Notes under the pieces: generated by a model
The model's database searches: none
What the model was told of the DNA's origin: nothing
The model's input: only the letters and a program-made list of their open reading frames with translations
Program-made: the position numbers and the translations under genes
Shown: positions 1 through 9,897 of the stretch, piece after piece
Layout: each line of letters starts with the position of its first letter
How positions within the stretch are numbered: position 1 is the stretch's first letter
NCBI GenBank assembly: GCA_965234725.1
Contig: CBDDUX010000020.1
Span: 1 to 26,691 of the forward strand
Direction of reading: 5' to 3'
DNA length: 26,691 nucleotides
Origin: Thermoplasmatota archaeon
Lineage (GTDB): Archaea > Thermoplasmatota > Penumbrarchaeia > Penumbrarchaeales > Penumbrarchaeaceae

Positions 1-544
1 TACCGAAGGGCCAGCGTACCTGATTCCGATTTAAAAAGTTAGTGAAGTACTGATATTTGATGACACCATAAGATGCCAGAGCATCAATCTGGTTGGAAAC
101 GCTCTTTACCACTTCAGTATCGGCTGGGTTGACGTTAATCCTTCCAAGGATGTCCTGGTTGGAAACTGGGATCTTCGATTCCTTGAGAACCCTGATAAGA
201 TTCTCATTGTGGAATCTGAATCCCGGACCTGGGTCTGATAAAGTGAGGTTCTGTGATCTGTTGATTTGATTTTCCAGTATCTCGATATACTTTTCAATAT
301 TCTTGGTCCTATTTTTCATCTTTTCATTCTCTGTTCGGAGCTGTTCATTCTCCTCGATTAATTTTTCCTTGATCTCTATATTTCCCAGAAGGTCCCCATT
401 GATCATAACCTCCATTGCTTGTATGACGAGTTTGGAGAGTGAAGTTTTTCTAGTTTCAGCGAATTCATTCCATCTATCCTTTTGCTCTTCAGATTTGAGG
501 TAGACGTCCACCCTCCTCTTTTTAATGGTTTCAGTCTTGTTCAT
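1..544 (-). CDS. Partial ORF (runs off window start): RHH-like N-terminus, coiled coil and possible winged-helix C-terminus; putative DNA-binding protein
   Basis: Manual translation from ATG at 544 has no stop down to base 1 (MNKTETIKKRRVDVYLKSEEQKDRWNEFAETRKTSLSKLVIQAME...IDALASYGVIKY...). Beta-strand/helix/helix pattern is RHH-like. TATA-like TTTTATTA at 567-574 suggests a leaderless mRNA. Not in the supplied ORF track. Confidence 0.7.
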   Translation of the reverse strand, partial: MNKTETIKKRRVDVYLKSEEQKDRWNEFAETRKTSLSKLVIQAMEVMINGDLLGNIEIKEKLIEENEQLRTENEKMKNRTKNIEKYIEILENQINRSQNLTLSDPGPGFRFHNENLIRVLKESKIPVSNQDILGRINVNPADTEVVKSVSNQIDALASYGVIKYQYFTNFLNRNQVRWPFG

Positions 545-594
545 GAGTATTCAATGATTATCTGGCTAATAAAAGTTACGGGTAAATATAAAAG

Positions 595-668
595 AGCCAC
601 CAGAGAGATTCGAACTCTCGACCTGCTGATTACAAGTCAGCCGCTCAACCGGGCTAAGCTATGGTGGC
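595..668 (-). tRNA. tRNA-Thr(UGU), CCA not encoded
   Basis: Reverse complement GCCACCATAGCTTAGCCCGGTTGAGCGGCTGACTTGTAATCAGCAGGTCGAGAGTTCGAATCTCTCTGGTGGCT folds as a cloverleaf: anticodon arm GCTGA-CTTGTAA-TCAGC, T-loop TTCGAAT. Confidence 0.96.
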
Positions 669-700
669 ATGTGTATTTTTGTGTGGATAACGGATTTTCC

Positions 701-715
701 TAAATAATCATTTGG
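701..715 (-). promoter_or_regulatory. Putative BRE/TATA promoter of tRNA-Thr
   Basis: Minus strand CCAAATGATTATTTA lies about 33-47 nt upstream of the tRNA. The same CCAAATGATT 10-mer precedes tRNA-Arg. Confidence 0.5.
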
Positions 716-737
716 GCTTTGAAATTCATTCTCAAGT

Positions 738-1787
738 TTATTTGAAGAGGTGCTCGTAATCGTCCCAAAGGCCCCTCTCCTTGATCCTTTTGATATATTC
801 CTTCTTGTATCCGGTCATGGACCTGTATCTCCATGATACCCATTTAGCGGGAGCAAAGAAGGTCCTGTATACCAATCGGGAAAGGACCGGATGGGGACTC
901 AGCCATTTCTCCAGATTGGATATTGTATCAGGATTAGCTGGCTCGAACGGGTCCTTCACATTCTCTATCTTCTCACCGGATAGGACCATTTCATTCAGAT
1001 CAAGAGGACCGCATCCTCTCTCATGAGCTGTCATTATATGTTTTATCTTCTTGTGATCGATGTCCATCACCCTGCAGGCAACCGAATCAGCTGCCACAGC
1101 GTTCGTAGCTGTAAGCAACAATCCAAGCTTCTTTGGAAGACCAGCAATGGGACCATCTGATTCCAGACCTATTCTTCCATCCATAACTATCAATCTGGGT
1201 TTAAGCAACAAACAGAAATCAGCCAGGGCTTGGTCGATCACCCCATGGTATTTCAACCTCAGATCGTCCGGAACACAACCGAAGTGATTTTTAAGTGTCA
1301 ATGTGACTCCAGTCAATTTATGTGTTTTAAAAACAGGCATTGAGGCAAAGACATCACAATCTACATAGGACTTCGGGACCTTGTATTCGTTGAAATCGAA
1401 TACCTTTCCTTTCAGGGGAAAGGACACGAACTCATCCTTCATGAAATTGACAACCTCGGCTCCAGCATCAACAGCTACATCCTGGATTCCACAACCGAGG
1501 AGGGCAGTCTCTGCACAGACTCTCTGGAGGTCCCCCTCTCCAACAATGACCTCCGCTCCGCGGTCCTTCAATATCTTAACAAAATCTGAGACGAGTTCCG
1601 GTGTTACGGTGATCCCGGGAAGATAATGGAAATGGGTCGCATTGACCTTGATAACTACCTTATTACCAGGTTTGACGATCTCCTTGAATCTTATGGCCTC
1701 CAGGCTCTTTTTCAACTTGGATGACATGTCATTATCATCGATCCTCCGGATATCCACCCTGGCCTTTTCTAAGGAGGTCATCGTCAT
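738..1787 (-). CDS. DUF362-family protein (putative Fe-S binding)
   Basis: Motifs VKPGNKVVIKVN, TxPELV, VIVGEG, PVFKTH, GVTLTLKNHFGC, DG-x6-GP and VAADSVA are typical of DUF362. Confidence 0.8.
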   Translation of the reverse strand: MTMTSLEKARVDIRRIDDNDMSSKLKKSLEAIRFKEIVKPGNKVVIKVNATHFHYLPGITVTPELVSDFVKILKDRGAEVIVGEGDLQRVCAETALLGCGIQDVAVDAGAEVVNFMKDEFVSFPLKGKVFDFNEYKVPKSYVDCDVFASMPVFKTHKLTGVTLTLKNHFGCVPDDLRLKYHGVIDQALADFCLLLKPRLIVMDGRIGLESDGPIAGLPKKLGLLLTATNAVAADSVACRVMDIDHKKIKHIMTAHERGCGPLDLNEMVLSGEKIENVKDPFEPANPDTISNLEKWLSPHPVLSRLVYRTFFAPAKWVSWRYRSMTGYKKEYIKRIKERGLWDDYEHLFK

Positions 1788-1832
1788 ATGTACATTTTTC
1801 AGGTATTAATAGAATATCATGGACGAGGTACA

Positions 1833-4106
1833 TTATTGCGGAGGACCTGATGATGTTCGATTCTTCTTTTTATACCGCCAATAAAATACAGCAAAACCTG
1901 CGGCGATCAGCAATATGACAATGATCAACCATGTCAAGTTCTGACTCTCTTTCTGTTCTGTATAAACCTCGTCTTGAGGTAATTCCAGCCCCTTCAGTTC
2001 GTAACTGTAGGTCTCGATCATAGGACCTGTTTCTGTGACCTCTCCTGGAAATATCGGAGCAAAGACGGCATTCAGAGGTCTGGTAAAATAAGAGCCATTC
2101 CCTTCAACATCGAATACAATGCTGATGTCATATTCAATTCTCATCTCCACGTAATTCACACCCTGGAATAGTCTTGGGACCTTCACACCCCTGCCAATGA
2201 TCCCGAACGTCCAGGTCTTCTCATTTCCGATCTGGATGTCCATTACATCAGGTCCGCCGTCGATCATTGACAATCTCGATTCATGGTCGGGATTTCCATC
2301 ACCATTGATATCGATGGTGAATGCGATATCTCCTCCCTGGAGGAGTGTTGAATCGATCCCGGAGTACATCATGGTCACAGTTGCAGAAGTCGCTCCATTG
2401 GGTATCTCAACATATTTCGTCTGGTTCACAAAAGAAAGTGGATTCATGTCCTGATCATTGTATCTGGAATATTCACCTGACCAGGTTACTTTAGCCTTGG
2501 TAGAGTTCAACCTTAGCTTTCCCTTCACTCCCTGTTCATCATAGACCTTGATGGCATCCCTTACATCGATCTTGCTGGGATCTGCACACATATCCCTCAA
2601 TCTTTCCAGTGTCAATGCAATACCCACAGCTCTTCTGGCATCCACAAGACCATACCCCTGGACATAGTCTATTGGTTTCCCATCCCATCCTGTAGAACTC
2701 GTATCTCCGGCGACATTCCCATTTTCAGGAGTAGGAGGCAGGAACCTGGCAGATGCCTCAAGGATCCATTCAGCCTCGTGGATCCTTGTGTTGGGATCTC
2801 CATACCAACCCTCTACATCAGGACCTGAATAATCCTCATGCAGGTCTGAAACCTTCATCGAGGGAGCCGCTTCCCACAACAAAGCTACCAATCCTGCAAC
2901 ATGTGGTGTGGACATGGATGTCCCGCTGATGGCCAGGTAATACGGGTTGGTATTTCCTCCAATATAGGAACCACTGCTGATGACCGTCCTCCTGGCCGCG
3001 GTCGACCAAATGCCCCTTCCAGGGGCGCCGATATCAGGATATGTATGGTTCAATCCAACCTTCCCTCGGGAAGAGAAATCCGTCACAGCGGATCCATCCC
3101 TTTCATAAGCCGCCACCATTATTCCGATCGGAGCATTTCCCTGACCTGATGTTGTCAATTCATTTCCTTCAGGATCATCTCGACCATCATTCCCGGCCGA
3201 CCAGGTTGAAACAACATTATTCTCGAATGTTATCTTATCGATTATCTGGGTAAGGACAGTGGAGGGATCATATTCCTCGACTGTAGAATGCCAGGAATTG
3301 GTCACCACTCTGATGTTGTAAGGATTGTTACCTGGCCTGGAGTGATCATAGACCCATTCCAGGCCCTGGAGGTAGCCATCTTCGAGGTTCGAGGAGGCTT
3401 CCTCGGGTAAAGAGACTGTTAGACCTATCAGATTTGCTCCGGGGGCGACTCCCCTCCTTGCACCTGCCGAAGCGTCACCATTTCCGGCAACGGTCCCTGC
3501 AACGTGGGTTCCATGCCCGTAATTGGTGTCAGTATTCTCCGCCTCGATCCAGATCCCGCCACCGGCATCAAACATGTTATGTATTGTCTTCTCACCGTAA
3601 TCAAGATCTGGATGTCCAGCATCGATCCCCGTATCAACGACACAGACGGTCACACCCTCTCCAGTTATTGGTGCATCGAATCCGCCCGGTCCATCGATGA
3701 CAGAGGCCCAGACCTGCGTGGCATTGATGACATGTGTTCCCATTTCCATATCATTGATCACCACATCATTGTTTTCAACATAGACCACTCTATGGTTTTC
3801 AAGTATTCTGTTCAAGAGATCCGGAGGTCCTTCGACAGATATCGCAGGGACCACATGGAACGTCCTTCTGATCGAAAATCCAATATCTTTGAGGAATTCG
3901 GCGTCATCTGAGTTTGGTCCATCTTTGAATTGGATGATATACGAGACCATTCCATTATCAGAGGTTCCCTGATAACTAAGATCTGAAGATATCCTTGACC
4001 TGATATTCAGATCCTGGGTCTCCCTTCCCTCTCCAACAGATAATGGAATTGCAAGAATCATCAACATTGATATCGCGATCAAGATCGCGGGAGAGAATCG
4101 GCCCAT
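1833..4106 (-). CDS. Membrane-anchored subtilisin-like S8 serine peptidase
   Basis: N-terminal signal peptide and propeptide; triad motifs VVDTGID, HGTHVAG, GTSMSTPHVAG; oxyanion SAGN; C-terminal TM helix followed by a basic tail. Confidence 0.93.
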   Translation of the reverse strand: MGRFSPAILIAISMLMILAIPLSVGEGRETQDLNIRSRISSDLSYQGTSDNGMVSYIIQFKDGPNSDDAEFLKDIGFSIRRTFHVVPAISVEGPPDLLNRILENHRVVYVENNDVVINDMEMGTHVINATQVWASVIDGPGGFDAPITGEGVTVCVVDTGIDAGHPDLDYGEKTIHNMFDAGGGIWIEAENTDTNYGHGTHVAGTVAGNGDASAGARRGVAPGANLIGLTVSLPEEASSNLEDGYLQGLEWVYDHSRPGNNPYNIRVVTNSWHSTVEEYDPSTVLTQIIDKITFENNVVSTWSAGNDGRDDPEGNELTTSGQGNAPIGIMVAAYERDGSAVTDFSSRGKVGLNHTYPDIGAPGRGIWSTAARRTVISSGSYIGGNTNPYYLAISGTSMSTPHVAGLVALLWEAAPSMKVSDLHEDYSGPDVEGWYGDPNTRIHEAEWILEASARFLPPTPENGNVAGDTSSTGWDGKPIDYVQGYGLVDARRAVGIALTLERLRDMCADPSKIDVRDAIKVYDEQGVKGKLRLNSTKAKVTWSGEYSRYNDQDMNPLSFVNQTKYVEIPNGATSATVTMMYSGIDSTLLQGGDIAFTIDINGDGNPDHESRLSMIDGGPDVMDIQIGNEKTWTFGIIGRGVKVPRLFQGVNYVEMRIEYDISIVFDVEGNGSYFTRPLNAVFAPIFPGEVTETGPMIETYSYELKGLELPQDEVYTEQKESQNLTWLIIVILLIAAGFAVFYWRYKKKNRTSSGPPQ

Positions 4107-4305
4107 GTCAAATCATATGACTTTGTCCTAATAAATCTTTTACATGACCAGTGTAATAATTACACCATCATGGACCGATCGATATTTCCAGATCGATATG
4201 GAAAGACCGATCGATTGTACTTCCTTAGAACTTCAAGTTCTTCCATAATTCCCTTAGAAAGTTACAAATATAGTTCTTCCAAGTACATTATTGTGGGGTA
4301 GTAAT

Positions 4306-7300
4306 ATGTCTGTAATAGAGGGTAAAGGACCTGTCACTGGAAGTTACACGCACAGATATTCTCTTTTTGCCATGGGATTGGTGGCTTTATTGATGTTTTC
4401 AATATTTCCACTTTCCAATGTAGGTGCGGAGAAGGAGACAATATCGGTTTTCACACCAAATGGAGGTGAGACATTGATCGCAGGGGGTCAGTATACCCTA
4501 AGGTGGACCATCTCCAATTCCGGAGGTTATATCGCCGTATCATATTCAACCTCTGGAGGGGAATCCTATGAGAATATCGACAGGATCACCAACAGTCCAT
4601 CCCACGGTTACGGTTGGATCGAATGGACGATTCCTCCGAATCTCAATTCGACCTCATGTCTTATCAAAGTGGTCTGGGTGGACTCATTATTTAAACCATA
4701 TACCGTAATAGCAGAGGATGTTTCGGATTCCAATTTCACCATTGAACCCGGGGTTTCAATGACGATAACAGATTCTCCTGATCTTGTGAGTTATGGCAGG
4801 TATCATTACTTGAAATGGAACCTATACGATCCACATGAAATGGTATCCGGTCTGATCATCGATTGGAGGATCGATGATGGCTCCGGTTGGTCATCCTGGG
4901 GCTCCCTTTCCTCATTCTATGATTGGTATGATCCGAACATGGGGTATATCTGGTGGACGCTCCCCAACTATATCCAGAGCGGATATGGTCAGATCAGGAT
5001 CCAGGCGATGTCAAATGGTAATGTCACCGTTCTTGCAACCGATACGACCGACACGTTCGATATAGTCTCTCCTGGAGTAACTTTGATCCAACCAGATGGT
5101 GGGGTAACCTTGGTTGCAGGGACGACCTACACCATCAAATGGAGGACCTCCCTCGATCCAGAGGAAGTGATCGTCAGTGTTCAGATCGATTATTCCACAA
5201 ATGGTGGATCTACCTGGAATGGTATAATCGGTGGAACGGCCAATGATTTCGAGCAGGATTGGACAGTCCCATCCATTGCCACAACTCAACTCAAGATCAG
5301 AGTCATTTCTCAATACGGAGAATGGTATTATCTTGACGAGGATGTCAGTTCGGGAATGAATACGATAATCCTGAACTCGAATATACCTTCTGTTACACTT
5401 ATCGATCCGAGCCCTCCTGTTGACGGTGGAGTTGTTATCGGGTCCGGAGAGACTTACCAGATCGTTTGGTCTCTAACTGGCTACTCCTCGATCACAGGTC
5501 TCAAGCTTGAATATTCCACCAACAATGGTTCAACCTACAATCTGATCGTTCATTATATTTCAAATTGGGCGATCCCTTATAATTGGGTGGCCCCTGCAGT
5601 AGACACATATGAAGCAAGGATAAGAGTGACCATAACTGCCTCTGGGTATTCAAACAAGGTCGCTGTTTCCAATCATGCTTTCTACATATTCGATACAATC
5701 GCGTTCAACCGGCCTCCGATTGCAATGGCAGGGCCTGATCAGACAGCGACTGAAGGAACACTTATTTACCTTGATGGATCGGCGTCATATGATCAAGATG
5801 GTGATACACTTATCTACAATTGGACCCAGATATCACCCTCCGCTAAGATCGCAGCTCTGAATGATAGGTATTCCATGAAACCTATCTTTACATCGGATCT
5901 GGAGGATTATCAGGTCACATACATCTTCGAGCTTAAAGTTACGGACGGATTTGAGCATAGTGACCCCCTCCTTTTCAACACTGACAGGGTCAGTGTTGTC
6001 GTAAATCCAATTCCTCCGGAAATAACATCGTTCACACCCGATACGGGTTGGACGGGGACAGATGTGACCATCTACGGGAATAATCTGAAAGGAGCAGAGA
6101 TAGTGATCGATGGTCAGGTGGTTGCAATAGTACCAAGAGAACCGGATCTGAATTTCCCCGATCCTGACCATACTTTCAAGTTCACGATATTCAGAGAGTT
6201 ATCGAACGGATCCCATCATATTGTTGCCAGGACCTCCATGGGTGAGATATCATCCGTCGACGAGATCGATATATTCCCTGTTCCACAATGGTTATATGAT
6301 AATGCTATTGGATTCCAGAACAATCATACAAACCATTACAGTTATCCATGGAATCCCGGTGGATCCGGAGTATACAGGGATGTATTCGGAAACCAGGTAT
6401 ATCTGAATCTCTGGATCTGTATTGGTCTTCCATATTGGACACCATGGTCTGGGTGGGGATGTTTGGGATATGAAATAGAACAGCCATTTGCTCCTGATCC
6501 TTTTGCGGCAATTCTGTATGCAGCAGCGTTCGATGATATTGGTGAAGATGGTGAATGTTTTGGAATGAGTACTTCTACACTGGAATATTATCACAACAAG
6601 GTTGATGAAGACGATTACGGACAAACTGTAACCGATTGGGATGAACTTGTCAGAGAAGGTGATTTTTTAAGGCATATCAGGATGAGGCAAGGCGCTCAGA
6701 TCAGTGCTGAGATCCTTCATTCCTACCTTGGAACACTGATAAATGGGCTGGTCCCATCTTCCGATTATACCGGAATGGGTCTGTTCATTAAAGCTGTCAA
6801 ACTCTCGATAGATACCGGTGAACTGGGGATAATGTCACTTATCGATGGTGGAGGCCATGCAGTGGTTCCCTATGCATATGAAGACAGGGATGGCAAGACA
6901 TACTTCTATGTGTATGATTCAAATAGACCAGGTTTCAAGGATCCTGCAGGTGCAAATTGGCAGGCACAGAATGGTGATAATGCAAATGATAGCCCACCTG
7001 TTGTTGTAATCGATAGGTCAGGTACATATTGGGATTGGTCCTTTGAATGGCCCGATGGTTCAACATGGGGTGATGATATTGGGATCGGTTTCGTTCCCTA
7101 CAGCTCCATCGTTGGTGACCGTACAATTCCGACATCAATAACAGGTATCATTGACCTGCTTGTAGGTTCTGCGACTTTCGATGTGGAGGACGAGAATGGA
7201 AACAGGTCAGGAGTAGATGAGAATGGAGAGATAGTCTGGGGTATAGAAGGGGCTGCTCCGCTTCCATTCTTCGGAGGTCCTGGGGACCTTCCGGATTCCT

Positions 7301-8616
7301 ACTTCCTTCCCGTTGGGAACTACACCACCCATATCTCTGGCACGGAAACAGGTATCTACAACTGGTCGGTTATCAATAACGGAACCTCCGCTTTCCAGGT
7401 GGAGAATGCGGAGGTCAATAAGGATTCCAACGATACGGTGGAACTGAACTTCCCGGAAGGAAATCCGTACCTCGGGGAAATGGTATATTCCTCGGACGAT
7501 GACATGAAAGTGTATGATGGAGGATTCATTCACAATTATGGTCCAAGTTATCGTACCTTCAAGATAAAGGGTGCAGAGTTGAGTGATGATGGTGAACATG
7601 GAGATGGGATACATTCCTTGAAAGCCACACCGGAATATGACGGTCTGATCTTTACCAATCTTGGTGGCGGGCCGACAACCTTCGATGTTGAATTCAGCAC
7701 AAATGTCATGAGCGAGGAAGTATGGAATGGTTCTGAAAGGCCGGAAACAGGATTCCTTCCAACTGCAACAAGGAGTGGAATAACGGTAGGACCCGGTGAA
7801 ACAGTGGTACTTAGGCCTTCGAAGTGGTGTAACCTCACTGGATCAATTGTCATACTCGAAGGTGAGACCGTTCCAGGCATCCCGACTAACCTGACCATTG
7901 TTCAGGTTGCAGGCCAGGTCGAGCTTGGTTGGAATGCACCTGAGATCGATGGCGGATGGCCAGTGGTAGGATATTACGTTTTCAGGGACAACGGTTCTGG
8001 AGTAATGGAGCTCATTGCTATTGCTGATGGGACATCCATTGTGGATATGGAAGTTCAAAGAGGTATCGACTACAATTACAGTGTGAGGGCTTTCAATGCT
8101 ATTGGAGAAGGTGAGATGTCACCATCTGTTCAGATAATCATACCCCTCCTTACAGCCCCATCTTCTCCCACGGACCTTTCCGCAGTATATCAAGAAGGCA
8201 AGGTTGCCCTTAGCTGGGGTGAACCTGAGGATGATGGTGGAAATGCCATCTTCGCTTATATCATTTTCAAAGGTGCGGGAACAGGTCCCATGGAAAACAT
8301 AGCTGAATTGGGAATGGTAAATGAATTCGAGGATGCTGATATCCAGAAGAACGAGACATACCGCTATCAGGTTGTGGCTGTAAATGATATTGGCCAGGGG
8401 GTAAGGACAGAGGAAGTTAGCATTTCGATACCCGCGGACCAACCAACGGATGATGATGACACCGATGACGATGACGGGGATGGGGGAGGAGATGAGGAGA
8501 ATGGTAACTCCTGGCTGCTCTACCTGATCATAGGTGTCATTGTGGTAGTAGGGATCATCATCCTTCTTGTATTCATGACCTCCAGGGGTAAGAAAGAGGA
8601 GGAATATGAGGAGTGA
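4306..8616 (+). CDS. Large modular cell-surface protein: signal peptide, about 4 Ig-like repeats, PKD-like domain, IPT/TIG domain, putative papain/C39-like Cys-His-Asp domain, 2x FN3, acidic linker, C-terminal TM anchor
   Basis: Repeats of the form P(N/D)GGxTLxAGxxYxxxW; NRPPIAMAGPDQ..LDGSASYD (PKD); PEITSFTPDTGWTGTDVTIYG (IPT); GECFGMS / GGHAVVPY / YVYDSN; PGIPTNL and PSSPTDL..W..P..DGG (FN3). ATG at 4306 preferred over TTG at 4291. Confidence 0.85.
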   Translation: MSVIEGKGPVTGSYTHRYSLFAMGLVALLMFSIFPLSNVGAEKETISVFTPNGGETLIAGGQYTLRWTISNSGGYIAVSYSTSGGESYENIDRITNSPSHGYGWIEWTIPPNLNSTSCLIKVVWVDSLFKPYTVIAEDVSDSNFTIEPGVSMTITDSPDLVSYGRYHYLKWNLYDPHEMVSGLIIDWRIDDGSGWSSWGSLSSFYDWYDPNMGYIWWTLPNYIQSGYGQIRIQAMSNGNVTVLATDTTDTFDIVSPGVTLIQPDGGVTLVAGTTYTIKWRTSLDPEEVIVSVQIDYSTNGGSTWNGIIGGTANDFEQDWTVPSIATTQLKIRVISQYGEWYYLDEDVSSGMNTIILNSNIPSVTLIDPSPPVDGGVVIGSGETYQIVWSLTGYSSITGLKLEYSTNNGSTYNLIVHYISNWAIPYNWVAPAVDTYEARIRVTITASGYSNKVAVSNHAFYIFDTIAFNRPPIAMAGPDQTATEGTLIYLDGSASYDQDGDTLIYNWTQISPSAKIAALNDRYSMKPIFTSDLEDYQVTYIFELKVTDGFEHSDPLLFNTDRVSVVVNPIPPEITSFTPDTGWTGTDVTIYGNNLKGAEIVIDGQVVAIVPREPDLNFPDPDHTFKFTIFRELSNGSHHIVARTSMGEISSVDEIDIFPVPQWLYDNAIGFQNNHTNHYSYPWNPGGSGVYRDVFGNQVYLNLWICIGLPYWTPWSGWGCLGYEIEQPFAPDPFAAILYAAAFDDIGEDGECFGMSTSTLEYYHNKVDEDDYGQTVTDWDELVREGDFLRHIRMRQGAQISAEILHSYLGTLINGLVPSSDYTGMGLFIKAVKLSIDTGELGIMSLIDGGGHAVVPYAYEDRDGKTYFYVYDSNRPGFKDPAGANWQAQNGDNANDSPPVVVIDRSGTYWDWSFEWPDGSTWGDDIGIGFVPYSSIVGDRTIPTSITGIIDLLVGSATFDVEDENGNRSGVDENGEIVWGIEGAAPLPFFGGPGDLPDSYFLPVGNYTTHISGTETGIYNWSVINNGTSAFQVENAEVNKDSNDTVELNFPEGNPYLGEMVYSSDDDMKVYDGGFIHNYGPSYRTFKIKGAELSDDGEHGDGIHSLKATPEYDGLIFTNLGGGPTTFDVEFSTNVMSEEVWNGSERPETGFLPTATRSGITVGPGETVVLRPSKWCNLTGSIVILEGETVPGIPTNLTIVQVAGQVELGWNAPEIDGGWPVVGYYVFRDNGSGVMELIAIADGTSIVDMEVQRGIDYNYSVRAFNAIGEGEMSPSVQIIIPLLTAPSSPTDLSAVYQEGKVALSWGEPEDDGGNAIFAYIIFKGAGTGPMENIAELGMVNEFEDADIQKNETYRYQVVAVNDIGQGVRTEEVSISIPADQPTDDDDTDDDDGDGGGDEENGNSWLLYLIIGVIVVVGIIILLVFMTSRGKKEEEYEE

Positions 8617-8631
8617 TCTTTATTGAATTGC

Positions 8632-8658
8632 CTCCCGGACATTCAATCTGTCCGGGAG
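8632..8658. terminator. Hairpin between convergent genes; putative terminator
   Basis: Perfect 10-bp inverted repeat CTCCCGGACA (8632-8641) / TGTCCGGGAG (8649-8658). Confidence 0.55.
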
Positions 8659-8666
8659 TTCATTTC

Positions 8667-9887
8667 TCATGTTGTATATTCAGCATTGATCCGGACGTAC
8701 TCATAAGAGAAGTCTGTACCCCATCCAACCGCACTTTCCATACCTTGATTCAGATCAATCAGGATCTTGATATTTGAGGACCGAAGCATCTGTTTGAGGC
8801 TCTTCTTGTTGAATTCCTTATAAGCTCCACCCTCCGCGACCTGGATCGGATTCCTGGACCCCATAAATATATCAACCTTTTCAGGATCGATGTTCACTCC
8901 TGACCTGCCCACTGCCGCAAGGATTCGTCCCCAATTGGGATCCCTGCCGAAAAGGGCGGTTTTAACCAAGTTTGAATTGGAAACCGTTCTGATGACCTTG
9001 CGGGCATCCGCCTGCGATACTGCGTTGACAACATTATATTCCACGAACTTGGTTGCACCTTCGCCATCAGAGACTATCGCTTTTGCCAGGTATTCACAGA
9101 GGTAGTTCAGATTATCTCGGAATATAATATAGTTCTCATTTTCGTCATCTATTATTTCATTTCCAGCAAGTCCGTTCGACATGACAGTAACCATGTCATT
9201 GGTGGAAGTATCACCATCCACTGTGATCATATTGAAGGATCTTTCAGTAGAGTAACTCAGGGCTTTATTAAGCAATGAAGGCTCGATCTTTGCATCACAT
9301 ACAATAAAGGCCAGCATTGTGGCCATATCCGGATGGATCATCCCGGCCCCCTTTGCGATACCTGCCATATTTACCATAACATCTCCCAATTGGAATCTTA
9401 TGAAACCCTCCTTTTGGAAAGTATCAGTTGTCATAATTGCATTTGCAACCATAGTTCCGCTTACCTTTCTATTGTTAAGATAACGAATGTTCTTCCTGAT
9501 CCCTTCCACCACCTTTTCCGTGGGAAATGGTACTCCGATAACACCCGTGGCACCGAATATCACATCTTGCTCCCTAATCCCAAGTTCTTCGGCAACTGTT
9601 TTCACGATCTTCACGGAGGATCTCATTCCATGTTCGCCGGTACATGCATTGGCATTTCCCGATGCCACGATGATAGCCTGGGCCCTGCCATCCGAGAGGT
9701 TTTCTCTGGTGAGGGTGACAGGAGCGGCAACGATCCTGTTCTTGGTATAGACACCGGCAGCTGATGCAGGAACTTCCGAAAAGATCAATGCAAGGTCCCT
9801 CCTCTTGGATTTTATTCCAACATGAGCTCCTCTTGCTTTGAATCCTCGAACGCTCGTGATGTTCATATTTTGAACTTTTGAATCCAT
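8667..9887 (-). CDS. argJ: Ornithine acetyltransferase / N-acetylglutamate synthase ArgJ
   Basis: SGNANACTG, MTTDT, KGAGMIHPDMATML (autocleavage Thr), DGDTSTND, DGEGATK, DPNWGR, YVRINAEYTT. Start placed at ATG 9887, just after the argC stop. Confidence 0.96.
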   Translation of the reverse strand: MDSKVQNMNITSVRGFKARGAHVGIKSKRRDLALIFSEVPASAAGVYTKNRIVAAPVTLTRENLSDGRAQAIIVASGNANACTGEHGMRSSVKIVKTVAEELGIREQDVIFGATGVIGVPFPTEKVVEGIRKNIRYLNNRKVSGTMVANAIMTTDTFQKEGFIRFQLGDVMVNMAGIAKGAGMIHPDMATMLAFIVCDAKIEPSLLNKALSYSTERSFNMITVDGDTSTNDMVTVMSNGLAGNEIIDDENENYIIFRDNLNYLCEYLAKAIVSDGEGATKFVEYNVVNAVSQADARKVIRTVSNSNLVKTALFGRDPNWGRILAAVGRSGVNIDPEKVDIFMGSRNPIQVAEGGAYKEFNKKSLKQMLRSSNIKILIDLNQGMESAVGWGTDFSYEYVRINAEYTT

Positions 9888-9897
9888 TTTGCATCCC

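Noticed and set aside
8448-8500. GAT/GAC-rich low-complexity tract
   Set aside because: Encodes the acidic linker before the TM anchor; not an independent DNA repeat.
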